From Botryllus schlosseri (Eukaryota), in the NCBI GenBank assembly GCA_051294905.1, contig CM119371.1:15688001-15752000 (forward strand): DNA of 64,000 nt, in the 5' to 3' direction. A program made the translations under genes and the position numbers. Shown in pieces: positions 51,815 through 64,000 of this stretch. Numbering within the stretch: position 1 is the first letter of the stretch; each line of letters begins with the position of its first letter. The notes under the pieces are model-generated. The model saw only the letters and a program-made list of their open reading frames with translations, was not told where the DNA came from and did not search any database.

Positions 51815-52793
51815 CAGTGTTGGGATCAAGTCACTACCTTCGAGTCACGAGTCATTTCGAGTCATTGCACATTTTGACTCGAGTCAAGTCAAGTCAATCG
51901 ATTTTCAAAGGTGACTCGAGTCAAGTCAAGTCACTCGATTTTTGGAGGTGACTCGAGTCAAGTCAAGTCAAGTCAAGTCAAGTCACGAGTCAAGTCACAT
52001 TTCAAGTCAAGTTGCCCTTTCGAAGTATGTATGAGGCATGAATACGTCATTGCAATTTGCTAGCTGTCTGAATTACAGTTCGAGTGGTCATTGATTCCGA
52101 ACCGATGAACGAATATAGAGTTAGATATAAGCGCAAGAAGGAGCTGTATCGGTCACATATGCGTAGAGCTGCTAAACAACGTAATTGCATAGTCTCAGTT
52201 TAGAGTTACCAGCCAAAATAGAGAATAGAGAATCGGAACGATAATGATGCAATACATTGTAGCCTACCCAGTTACAAATAGATATGATACTATTGGAACC
52301 TGCGACAATGGTTGAGGACTACATAAACTATATTCGACTTGAATTTCAATAAAACAATAGGTTTGGTTATGGTAAGAACAGATAACAGATATGTACATTT
52401 TGCTATTCTATTACTTTACTGCTTGAGTTACGACAACGTATACTGTAAGCTTCTATCATTTCGTTTGCGGTCAATTTATTTGTGAGAGAACAATCGAGGC
52501 TCAGTGAAACGCATGGTCATTGAATGATTGGTCGCTTTCACGGGTTACACAAGCGTTTATAGCGAACAATTTGAACATATGCAAGATACTGTGGTTTTTA
52601 TCGACACCGATTACTTGATGACTTGAAATTGACTCGTGAATTTTGCTCCGAGTCACGAGTCAATCCACATTTCTGATACGCCGAGTCAAGTCAAGTCAAG
52701 TCATTTTAGCAAAGTGACTCGAGTCAAGTCATGCGAAAAAGGTGACTCGAGTCTGACTCGAGTCAAGTCATGACTCGAGTCATCCCAACACTG
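51815..52793. mobile_element. hAT MITE with CAAGT/GACTCGAGTC repeats
   Basis: CAGTGTTGGGAT...ATCCCAACACTG; exact TSD CTTCCTAT (51807-51814, 52794-52801). Confidence 0.9.
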
Positions 52794-54159
52794 CTTCCTA
52801 TCTTTTCATATGGCAATCTTGTGGTGTATCGATTTGATAAAATTTTTAATAAAATGATGATGACACTTTCCGTCACTGCGGTCGAAATGCCGAATTCCCA
52901 GGGTTGTAACTAAGTTACAAGGCTCCGAGTCACAATTCAATCTAATTTTAATAGTTTTGACTGGAATCATTTTCAATTCACCACCGAGTCAACTCCGAGT
53001 CCAAGTCAGCGAGTTGAGGGTCGAGTCCGAGTCATGGTACATGCATGACCTCAGATCCCAATAATGTCGTTACTTTACTTACTATTCTTCGAAATTAGGA
53101 TGAAATTTCGGTCTTGGGCGTCTGAGTCTCGAGTCATATGACTTATTTCGAGTCATGTGCAATGACTCGAGTACAAGTCGAGTCAATACACAAATTGAGT
53201 GGAGTCGAGTCATTCCTGTCCGAGTCCAAGTCATTGTGTTGATTACTCAATACTCAGTTTCCAGTTGAAGTATTAAGCCCACTTTCTATAACTCTGTCTG
53301 GTGATATCAAATAGATCCCATTTACAATATACTAATTTTCCTTACTCTTAGCTGTTTCTGGTCGCATTTTAAAGTATCAGTACCAATAGACCAAATCCCA
53401 AGAGTGTGGTTACTTTACTGCTCTTCAAACTTAAAATGAAATGTCGGCCTTGCCGCCTGAGTCTTGAGTCATATGACTTTGGTTCAAGTCATGCGCATTT
53501 CCGAATTTTGAGAAAATAAGTCGAGTCAACTGAAAATCGTAACTCGACTCCAGTCATTACAACCCCGATTTTCAATTTGTCAAGTGTGAGTATTATATTA
53601 GTAAGAGAGTGAGGAATTTCACAAAAATTCAGTACGGCCCACTGTGGGGTGTGGCTACTATCTTTTTACAACAGTATCGGTGAATATAATTTAGATAGCA
53701 GGTTTTCTGGTTCCGTTCACACCACATTGTCTTCCATATGACATAGCCTACTCCATCACAGTGAAGATATTTGATATCAATGTATACTAATCGCGCAAAG
53801 TGTTTACACGATATCTGACACAAGTTCTCCTTATTGCTCTTTGTCTAAACTACTGGCCTTATAATACGGGGCATGGCATCATTCCATGACATTTTCTGAA
53901 TATTTTATTCGAGTAGTTACCAGATACGTCGGGCACATCTGCCGCAACGTCTAATCAAGAAATCACAATTTTCGCACTCAAATGAGGAGTTACTAAATAG
54001 ATATAATCAGGATCGAATGACCCACAATGGCACTCCGAATCGAATCTTAAATCAAGTTAAAGCTTCAGCACAACTGAAACTCATTGCAAGTTCGTGAAGG
54101 CATGTTCAAACATTATTCACAGAGGATTTAGTGCACATTGCAACATCTCATTTACTCCT

Positions 54160-55779
54160 TCATCGATATTTTTTCACCATTGCAGATCCATAAACTGCGA
54201 AAAATTTATCTGTTACATCCGTCTCGCACCATTTTTTGTTCAATAAATCGTACTTCTTAATGTCCCCAGTCTCGCCAAACTCTTTCACTACAAAAATCCA
54301 ATTGCCTATGCGATAAGCAGCATTCTCGCTATAACAGAAATTCATAGATGGCAATGAAGTCCACTGAGCTGAAGTAACATTGTAACATTCTACGTTATCG
54401 ATGGGATCTTCTCCACTCCACCCACCGATCACAAATATCCTCTGATAAACTGCAACAGCTCCACTACCACACACAGGATATCTCGCTGGCTCAAGGTCGA
54501 CCCACTCTGATGAGGATGGAGAGAATCTGCAGAATGAAGAAACAACGGCACCATCTCGCAAGCCTCCGATACAATAAATAGAACCATCCAATGATACAAG
54601 ACTTGCATGTGCAATTGCTGATGGTTTGCTTTCCAGTTGAAACCATTTATTTTCAGATGACTCAAATTTTTCAACATCGACTGTTGCTGTCAATTCACTT
54701 CCTCCGATAACGAATATTGATCCGGTTGAACAAACTGTGCGCGGAGACGGACCATGGTCACAAATCATATCATTCATCTTCTCCCATCCTGAATTTTTGT
54801 CACGAAAATTGAGTCGATGCACTGATTGAGTTTCACAAAAGACATAAATATAGGAGTCATGGGAAATCACTGTGAAAGACTCACGGAAATCACACACCAC
54901 ATCATGAAACTTTTCTATTTCCTCTGTTCTTGGATTAAGGGATCGGAGGCATTGTGCATGATGGTCGAAAAGAATTATCAATTTATCAGCATTATAACCT
55001 TCTTTCACATTGACGGAAGCCTTCAGAATATGTCCAGTGAATAACTTGTACAACTCCAAGTCCTTGCTTATACGGGGATGACTTTCTAAAACATATTGCA
55101 AATACACCGAGGAGATTTGATGAAACTTGATTACTTCGAGAAATTCGTGCAAAAATTCGCTTTTACTTTGACATTTGTCGATCCACTTGAGCGATAACGC
55201 AAGTTTTTCTTCTTCGCATAATTTTGATTCTCCCGATTTCAAAAGATTGAGAAGATCATCTTTTTCAATGCTTTCAAATCCAGGTTGGTTTGAGATATCC
55301 AAGATATTTTTGAGCAAAAATAATCTGCATCTCGAAGAAACATCAGCCAGTCCATAAATATCACCCACATTTCTGGTAGAGAAATAATTTTCAATAGTAA
55401 GTGAATCCGCCAAAATATTGGACACGGCTTGCTTTACATCTTCCAGCTGCATCATAATTGCGACGTGAAGAAGATCAACGATACTTCCATCAGGAATCTC
55501 AAATTCACCGGAATATATGAAATCGATGCAATTTTTTACACAATCTGAATCAACGTCTTTGAAAACGACCCTTCCTTCGCGACTCTCTTTCGTGTCGTGT
55601 TTAAGCATAGCTCTAAAATAAGCGGAGCCAGCCGACAATACATTTTTGTGGGTGCGATAGACATGATCTCCAGCTTGAATTATGAAATCACAATAATCGC
55701 TATCTTGCTTCATTCGATGCAATTCAGCCATCATACAAACTGCGTGCTTTTCCACATCAGGACGTACAACTCGTACCAT
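54160..55779 (-). CDS. Kelch-like protein (BTB-BACK-Kelch, probable Cullin-3 substrate adaptor), intronless, 539 aa
   Basis: Uninterrupted ATG-to-stop ORF with BTB (CDFIIQAG...HKNVLSAGSAYFRAML), a BACK region and Kelch repeats (IFVIGGS, IYCIGGL, IFVIGGW...VECYN...W). Confidence 0.93.
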   Translation of the reverse strand: MVRVVRPDVEKHAVCMMAELHRMKQDSDYCDFIIQAGDHVYRTHKNVLSAGSAYFRAMLKHDTKESREGRVVFKDVDSDCVKNCIDFIYSGEFEIPDGSIVDLLHVAIMMQLEDVKQAVSNILADSLTIENYFSTRNVGDIYGLADVSSRCRLFLLKNILDISNQPGFESIEKDDLLNLLKSGESKLCEEEKLALSLKWIDKCQSKSEFLHEFLEVIKFHQISSVYLQYVLESHPRISKDLELYKLFTGHILKASVNVKEGYNADKLIILFDHHAQCLRSLNPRTEEIEKFHDVVCDFRESFTVISHDSYIYVFCETQSVHRLNFRDKNSGWEKMNDMICDHGPSPRTVCSTGSIFVIGGSELTATVDVEKFESSENKWFQLESKPSAIAHASLVSLDGSIYCIGGLRDGAVVSSFCRFSPSSSEWVDLEPARYPVCGSGAVAVYQRIFVIGGWSGEDPIDNVECYNVTSAQWTSLPSMNFCYSENAAYRIGNWIFVVKEFGETGDIKKYDLLNKKWCETDVTDKFFAVYGSAMVKKYR

Positions 55780-57905
55780 GATAACTAATCACCCGTAGAG
55801 GATACAATAATAGAGACTAGTTCTGTTTTGAAAATAAACATGATTATATATAAACAGGTATTGAATTAGGGAGTGTTGATTGTCAAAATAAATAATATTG
55901 ATGGATTAACCTGCATTAGAAAACTGCAGGGAGTTCTAATCAACGATGGTATTACTATATTAATGGTTGTAACCGATTCACTTTTACAGTTTTGATTAGA
56001 TTCAAGTCAATTCATTTTAAATTCACCATCGAGTCCGGGTCCAAGTCATTGTGTTGACAGTTCAGTTTCAAATTAAAGTCTTGTTAAACTCACTTTTTAC
56101 AATGCTGCTTGGTGTTATTGAATGCTTCTCATTGAGAATATACCAGTTTCAACACTTGAAACAGTTTCTAGACGCAGTTTCTATTACCCGTACTAATAGA
56201 CGAAATAGCAATGATGTGGAAATGTCAGTATTTGTCGACCGAGTCTCCAGACATATGAATTGATTCGAGTCATGCGCAAGTACAAGTCGGGTCAATGCAC
56301 AGATTGGCCGAGTCGAGTCATTTTCAGTATTTTGACAAAATGACGCGAGTCAAGTTGAGTCACCAAAATTTCGCCACTCGAGTCCAGTCATGACTCTGGA
56401 CAGTCATTACAATTCTGATTAATAGAGTAGAACTGTAGAAGGCTAAATGATTTAACAATGAACATGAATAGTAATTTTCATATGTCAGCCTACACCAAAT
56501 CGGACTGCGTTCATATCCAATATTAGACAGATTTAACAGCATTTAAATAAATATTCAAGTGGCCTAGCACTGTTACAATGTAATGCCAAGTAAAAATAAC
56601 AGTAGTCTAATTTCGAACAATGTATACTAGTGGTTCTACAAAGTCGACCAAGAATGCAATTATGGCTGAAGTCGCCTGTTGAGCATTGTTCTATTTAAGT
56701 TTGTGCAAGGCCAAGTTCTAATAAAACCACCACCAACTTGATTTGGACAATTGAATTTGTTTTGAAATAAATCTGACTTTCCTAGAATCTATTATAGCCT
56801 ACTTCCAAATAAATATTGCTGACAGCGATAAATTTTGTCAAAGTTTGTTTAAAAAGTTGTGTAACTTTCCCATATATTACTGGTCCTAAATGAGTTGCAG
56901 GCTAACTTCCAAACAGATTAGTATGAAACACATAAAACATTTTGAAATAGGATAGATCAAAAGAAGAGCGTTAGCTCTAATGGCTCTATATCACATTAGA
57001 GAGGGTTCTAAATTCACAGCGTTCAACCTAAACAGACAACAGGTTGAATTTATCCTTGTTTCATTCTCGCATGCAGATATTCCTGTTCCTAGCTCGCTGA
57101 TACTGACTGCAACCTGGGAAGGTGTGTTTGCGCTTCCTCGTCTGTCCCGGCACAATTTTTGTCTTTTTACTGACTCACACTCAAGCGGTCACGCGAGTTA
57201 ATTGTCGGACCTGTCGCCGTCTCAAGCTACGATCCGATTATACCTGTGATATGCGACCCGTGCGCTTCTCGCTTCATTTACTGCAAGGCCACTAGATCTT
57301 CAAGCACAAACTACTACTAGCCATCATAAACAACGATTGGCTGTCAAATATATAAACATTGACATTTGAACAACTGGATACCAATCATCATCAGTAGTCT
57401 GCTCACTGTGCTCAGCGTGTTCTCCTACTCAAATACTCAATGTTATTGTTTATTTTCTAGCGGGAGAGAGAGAGAGGTAAAGAGAGAATTTACTAGTCAA
57501 CCAGCGAGCAAATCAATGATTGTAGCATGGGCCTACCTATGATTACAGCAATACGGAGGAAGGAAATATTATAACAAATATGGTTAAGAGGCTTAGCTGA
57601 TACAGCAGTTAATAACGGTCGGGCTACCGGAGAGCAGAAATGGTCTCATTTCCGAATCCATCCGGCTCCGACTGGTCATCTGAAGTTCGGTGACCGAAAT
57701 ATGAAAGAAGTGTTTGAAATTCAGAGTCCGGAAAAAGACTAACTAAATCATACTAATTGCTGATACTTCAGTGCAGGGGTGGACAACATACGGCCTGTGG
57801 GCCGGATCCGGCCCGCGACGGGATTTCGAGCGGCCCCGACCACAGTCTGCCGCAATTCCCCATTACTTGCTTGCTACGTCAAATTAGAGTGACTCGTCTA
57901 GTTAA

Positions 57906-60330
57906 GGGGGGAAGGTACACCTACCTTACGTAAAATTTCAAATTGCTATATTTTCTACAATATACAGTCTGGCGTCTTAAAATTTGGTGTGTGAGTTCAA
58001 TATACCATACTCCATATTCTATATAAATTTCGGTTTCTTAAAATAATTCCTTGGGCCCAAATTGGGGGGGAGATTTTCAAATCGGACACTTCGCATGGCG
58101 GAAAGTCTGTCTCTCCAAGGAATGCTTATAAACTCCAGATAATGATTGATTATGTATCTATATACCCCTAAGCACCTGGTAGAATGCTTGGAATTTCCAA
58201 TTACGCAGAAAAAATCACATGAAAGTCGATTTGACACTAATACGTTACCGAGTTCTCCATTTTTTTTCATAAAACAAAACAAATCATAACTAGCAAACTG
58301 AAACTCTGACTCTAAACTCAAAATTCCATCATTCTACCAGGTAGAACACATCTACTTCTGTAATTGAGCCAAGTTTGATGAAGATTGGAGATCATTTGAT
58401 ACCAAAATTTCCTTCCGCAGAGAAACAATACCAGTGAAAATTAAAAAGCTGAGAAAATCAACTTTGAAAATTGAAAATTGTATTTTTGAAAAATTAGAAC
58501 AGATATGCGAAATGTGATGCTCTCCCAGTAATCAGGCATGCTTGAATTAGGATATAGCCAAATTTGAAGGAGATTGAATATACATAAATGCATAATAAGT
58601 GACATAAAGTATGACGGGTTTTACAGTTTTTCACTCAAAACTGCTATTCCATATATGAACATTTTTCAAACCTTGAATTGGACAAGCATAAGATCACAGT
58701 TGGATCTAGAACAGTTGAAATGACATATTTGGATCCCTGCGACACTGTCAAGATGCAATGCAGTTGTTACTGATTGAACATATTATGGCAACATTACACT
58801 GGATTCCTTCAACGATGCAATTTTATAACATCAAATTTATAATAAAAATAACGCAAGAAAAATTAGTTGATGGAAGAACGGTACAACAGTGAGAGCCCAG
58901 AGCCAAGGATGCAGCATGGATATGATTAAAATTTCCCTGCACTGTAAGCAGTGCCTTCCTTCTCAAACTCTCTTTCACTGCATCATTTTTTTAATTTCCT
59001 TCGTTTTCGATCACAAGTTGTGTCAATTGGAGCGTCAGAATTTTTCGGTCCGAATTGCGTCGTCTCTAATTCCTACATATCTGACTCTGAGGCTCATTGG
59101 AATTCCTACCACCTGTTGCACCGGTGTTCCATCTTATCACTGCTAGAGCTACCGCAAATTCCAGGTAGTCTCTTTCAAGACGAGTCTCCTCGGAGCATCG
59201 CTTCCATAGGGTGCTATGGAGGCACTCGTTAGCATTCTACGTTTGCAAGTTCATGCACTGTGAAGATCCATACTTGCAAGGTCCTTGAAGACGGGTTTGA
59301 CTGCTTGATACATTTTGGCTGTTAGCGGATACTTACGGATTGGATCGGTAGCACCTTCAAGTAAAAGCACCACTTTTCATCACAATTACCGTGCATCGGT
59401 TCTTCTGGAGTTGGACTGTTAGGCATCAGTATTGCCCACACTTTAGTCGATGCATTCTGTGCATCTATGGTGCACCATTTACGATGGCATTATGATAATA
59501 CTGGCTCCACTTTGGTATTGATCTGGTGATGACAGTGCTTTTTGCCTTCCTCTTCAACATCATCTCTTTTTGACGAGGTGAACCAACGAAAAATTTCTTT
59601 CTTGTAGCACGACACTCCGATGCTAATCTCTTTAGCAAAGCCTTGCTGGATAGTTTCCCAACAGCCCTTGCCTGTTGAACCACAGTCAGGGCAAGTCACA
59701 ATACATTGAATGACTGATGCATGACTTGCTAGGAATAAGGTTTCCTCAGAATTTCATCATCCACCATCAGACTTCGAAGCAGATAAAAGGTCCAATCTTT
59801 TCTATAATGACTTTTTCGGTTTCTTAGAAACTTTTCTTTTACCATATTATACCTCGCTCCTTCTCTTGCTATATGCCTGCTTTGTTGTTATCTTTGTCCC
59901 ACCCATTGTAAATTCACCACTAACTATCAATTTTCTCACAATATTATCTTGAAAAGTATAATAATTCAGAAATTTCCTCCCGACAACAGGATAGCTAATG
60001 ACACATCTTGTGAGTGCTCACAACTGCTTTGTCAGCCAGATAATGTTATGATATTCATGCTTGAGTGATTACCGATATGGCTCTTTGTTATAACTATCTA
60101 AATTACAAGGACAGGGTGTTTGGTGACAATTTTGAGCTAGTTAAAAAATATGGGGGGTGGGATTCTCGATTTTCCACGAAAATGATAGATTTTAAATGGA
60201 ATTTTAACCTACTTATTGCTTGAAATCATGCAAGATGAATATATTTTATGAAAGAGCCAGTCTGATACTTCGTAATCCTGCAATAAAAAAATTCTGAAAA
60301 ATTTTGATGGTCTGGGTGTACCTTCCCCCC
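57906..60330 (-). mobile_element. Internally deleted Kolobok-type DNA transposon
   Basis: TIR GGGGGGAAGGTACACC...GGTGTACCTTCCCCCC with TTAA TSD (57902-57905, 60331-60334); the left arm has a single TTAA at 4751-4754. Minus-strand transposase remnants: CPDC...GFA...FTS, QYYHNAI, HGNCDEKWCFY, KPVFKDLA, NANECLHSTLWKRC. Purine-starting ends argue against piggyBac. Confidence 0.85.
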
Positions 60331-63300
60331 TTAATACTTTAGTTCTTTGTTTTATTTTTTTCTTAGTTTCTTTGTTCTTGGATCTTAGTTGATGTCTTTG
60401 ATCACATTAATGAATTGAACCATGAACACCAGATTTCAAGGGAAGAGCTAGTACTTTTGCTCACGAAATCTTCTCAACAGTAAAGACATTCAGGGCGAAG
60501 CTAAGACTGTTCGGGTCTACGTGCATATTCGAGCAAACAATTTCGAATATGAACATTGAGCATTTACAATACAAAGCTGTGTAGAAGCCCTTGATGAGCG
60601 TAAAATGAGGTTCGTGGGTCAGTGCCAGTTACAAATGAACAGATATAAATCGATGCAATCAGCGACACTCAGGTATCGGGGTACATGTTTACTCGATATC
60701 AAAGCGATAAGGCATATTGAGACGTAATGAACTGATTGGGGGATGCCGAACGACCAATTGCTGCTGCAGTTGCGGTCTCTTAAACGGCCATCCACCTCTG
60801 AACAGTATCCGATCTTGCAGTTATTTCTTTGATTTTTGTCTCTATCCACGCATCACTGTTTGTTGTTTCCATTCCTTGAAAGTGCACTCTTTCATCTGGG
60901 GTATTTCTTGGCTTTTTGATGCTGTAAGAACAGCGACATGGGAGAAGCGAAGCCCAGAATAGCCTCTGTTTGCTAATAAACCCAATTATGAACTCGGACC
61001 GCCGGGTGCCGGGTGGCAGACGCTTATCGCCACCACTACGTAAACGACAAACGTGCATGTAATTTAATTACCTTTAACTGAAAGATTTTCACTGACGCTC
61101 ATCAAAGTTAGCGTTTCATGAAAATCTTGAGCTGAGACAGTACTTGTTTCATTAAATATTGTGTTAAAAACGCGAGACGTACTGAAACTGCACAAATGAC
61201 GACTCAAAGCATAGCCTACGCAAAAGAAGCAGGTCCCAAGGGGGCGCTGTAGCGCCATCAAAAAATTGTAGCAGCTGCACAAGTGCACAGCTAATCAGAG
61301 TTCGGAATCCCATATTTCTTGCTACGCCAATAGAATTTTGGTATTTTATTTCGACATGCTTGAATTCGACACTATGCTTAGGTCAATAAAATCAACACAA
61401 ACTTATATTCTTCGGACCTTTTTGTCACTGGCTGCATAACTCCCCACCCTACGGCAGGGGCGGGCAAATTCTCCGGTCGACGGGCCGAACATGGGAAAAT
61501 GAAGTAGCCTACTTGGCTGGCTGGATTACCGAATATATAAATTATTCGCGTATTTATCCACCTATGCAACGAATAAATCGTCTTTAATGTATAAACTTCA
61601 AGCTTAAATCATGGAGACTAAAACCAGTAGTCAATGAATTTATCAACAATATCAATCAGTTGTGGTGAGTCAAAGTTTTTGACGAGTTCTTTGAACCCTG
61701 GCTGCATGTGTTACATGGGTTACTTTCGCTCAGTTTCCATGATAACTCCAATCATAAAAGTGACGCAAGCATATCTCAAAACTACTTTCTATTTTTCGCA
61801 ATCCAAAGTGTAAAAGTAGGAAGTAGTATTGCCCGGAAAGTAAAGTTAATAAGCATAGAAGTAGGATTGGTCTAAAGCCATATCAAATGGACTAAGTAAG
61901 ATCAGGTGTGTAAAAGATACTTGAGTATACTCGGAAAAGTAGAAGCACATAGTAACTGACAACCTCTGTGTAAATACGAGCATTGAAAAACAGTCGGAGA
62001 CGAATAGAACTGTAGAAGCCGGGTAATATAGCGCATAGCACTCGCCATCTCAAGTCGTATATACAATAACATAGGCACGGGAAAATTGGTACATATTCCG
62101 CGAAGCTTAGCAGCGACAACTGCATAAATTTAGCAACAGAACACGTTGGTTGGCTCCAGCGACGAAATCAATCGATGACCATGTTGTCGTAAGATTCTCT
62201 CGATACAGTTGAAATATTCTGTCCTCTTTCGCGTCGAGATTTTGCATGGGATCTGATATTGAAGGCAAATCGTTAGCAACCATGCACTTACAATTCAGTA
62301 TACGCAGCCCTGGTGTAATAATCAGAAGCGGTCAAAGTTTACAGTCTTGCTACTGAAGTAGAAATAAAAGTAGCATTTTTAAATATTTAATGTTTAAGCA
62401 ACATCAAGTGGAAGCAGAGGTGAATGGTGTTAAAATAACTTAAATGAGTAGTTGAAAACAGTAGATTTTGTCGAAGTGCGGCAAACTCTTTTCCGTTAAT
62501 CGGGGGTGGCTGTGATGTACGTTCGCGACTCAAAATGCCTAATGACGCCAGGGATAGCCTAGCCTACAGTACAAAGATAGCGAATATCTTTGAAGACATT
62601 TGAATTACAGGGTTGGTTGATTGGTACGGTTTTTATTGATGCTCGGCAACTGTGGTATTGTGCACCAAATCGAAAGTTTGATTAGAGAACAAGACTTTTC
62701 TACATTATTCGATTCGACAGGTGTGCGAATTCCATAATAAGCGTTGCTGCGAAAGGCCTAGTAAGAATTTCCTATAACACAATGTTGCCGTCATGGCGCT
62801 TGCAGCTTCGTTGATATATTGTCTGCTAGTTGAGCATCTCGGATATTTTAGCAGAAAACGTTCCACTGATTCCGGCTGTGTGCACAGTTCACATAATCTA
62901 TGTCATGGCATACGATCCCGTGCACACGATAGTTCAGCCCGAAATCGCGAGTTTGGAGTCGGATATAGGGGTTCTGGAGTCGATCTCGGCCGTACTCGAA
63001 CCCGCAAGCCATTGGTGTCGCAGCTGTGGAACGTACCACTGCGCTACCTGGCCACACGAACCTATGGAAATACTAGCATCGTTATACTTACCGCGTAAAC
63101 ATCATACGACTGTGTGATTATCTCTTACTACTATCTCTCTCTCTAGTAGTTTCCCTAAACGCATGAGCGATCTCGTCTTCTTGTTGTTGTGATTGTGCGA
63201 CGTGCGTGCAATCCGTGCATGCATGTATTAGGGCCAGCACCGTAACTGCCGCACCCCAAACCCCCCAATTGGGGGGGGGGCGAGCTCGAAGGGGGCCCAA

Positions 63301-64000
63301 AATTATTTCGTGAATTAGCATAAATCATAGAGTATTTTTTTAAAATTTATGCAATTTTTTCAAAAATTTTTTCGCGCTGCGCGCGAATTCAAGATGCCAT
63401 TTATCTTGATTATTGGGTATTGGGCCATTACCGCGCTACGACCCACCAAGACATACAATCAAGTTGTAAGCCATATAACATGAGACTCCAAGAAGTGTGC
63501 CAAAACGATCGGCAGCGAGAAAACCTTTGCCGAAAAGGACTATGCCGTTATGCTGACCGAAGACTTCGTTATATATACAAAATACATATAGATTTAATTG
63601 TCCATAGGCGCCTAAATGACTGGCGCCGAATGTTCCCGTCTTGGCAATCTGAACCTCACAAGACAAATACCATCCCGCTGAGAAAAATTTTACGCCAGTG
63701 AAGAAATACCAATTTGAAATCGTGTGCGTCTTTCAGTTTAGTACGTTCATGTGATTCTATATTTTTTGATCTAGCAGACTGGAAGTCGCGAAATAACATC
63801 ATGTAACGAAGTCATATCAACGGGTCCGCGCGCCCGAAAATGTTTAATTATTATTTACGGGTCCTGCCGTCTTCAAGACACTTCACTCAGCTCTACCGGT
63901 AAATTTAATTACGTGAGTAGAGAGGACAAAGTGATAGCAATATATATGCAATTGCCGATCTGATTGACCGATTTTATCATAAATTACCGAAAATTTTTGC

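Larger units (their letters stand above)
52840..63110 (-). repeat. Right arm of the inverted segmental duplication
   Basis: Reverse complement of 628-9768. Lacks the ~1.47-kb block at ~2018-3487 and has an extra Kolobok insertion at 57906-60330. Confidence 0.95.

Noticed and set aside
57906..60330. piggyBac element (TTAA TSD)
   Set aside because: The ends start GG rather than CC, and the protein remnants fit Kolobok-type transposases.

Overview
AT-rich, repeat-dense eukaryotic DNA. It has spliceosomal GT-AG exons, tRNA-derived SINEs and many DNA transposons. It is probably a marine invertebrate, possibly an ascidian, but that is an impression and cannot be proved from the window. Main contents: (1) three intronless BTB-BACK-Kelch genes, one intact (54160-55779, -) and two disrupted (6772-8421, +; 13757-15420, -); (2) a ~9-kb inverted duplication, visibly diverged, bracketing the window (628-9768 vs ~52840-63110); (3) the main finding, a 17,637-bp insertion (15969-33605) with Polinton/Maverick hallmarks (AGTAGT...ACTACT ends, 6-bp TSD CACCGA) that splits a Myb/SANT gene. 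This element is almost entirely a fold-back palindrome (6,342-bp near-identical arms, 922-bp spacer) with no intact polymerase or integrase ORF. One arm carries a 4,027-bp LTR element with identical LTRs and an ATGT TSD. (4) Defective Kolobok and ISL2EU-type transposons, nested hAT MITEs inside a solo LTR, a decayed tandem gene array, and a transmembrane exon at the left edge. All calls come from manual reading; no database searches or alignments were run.
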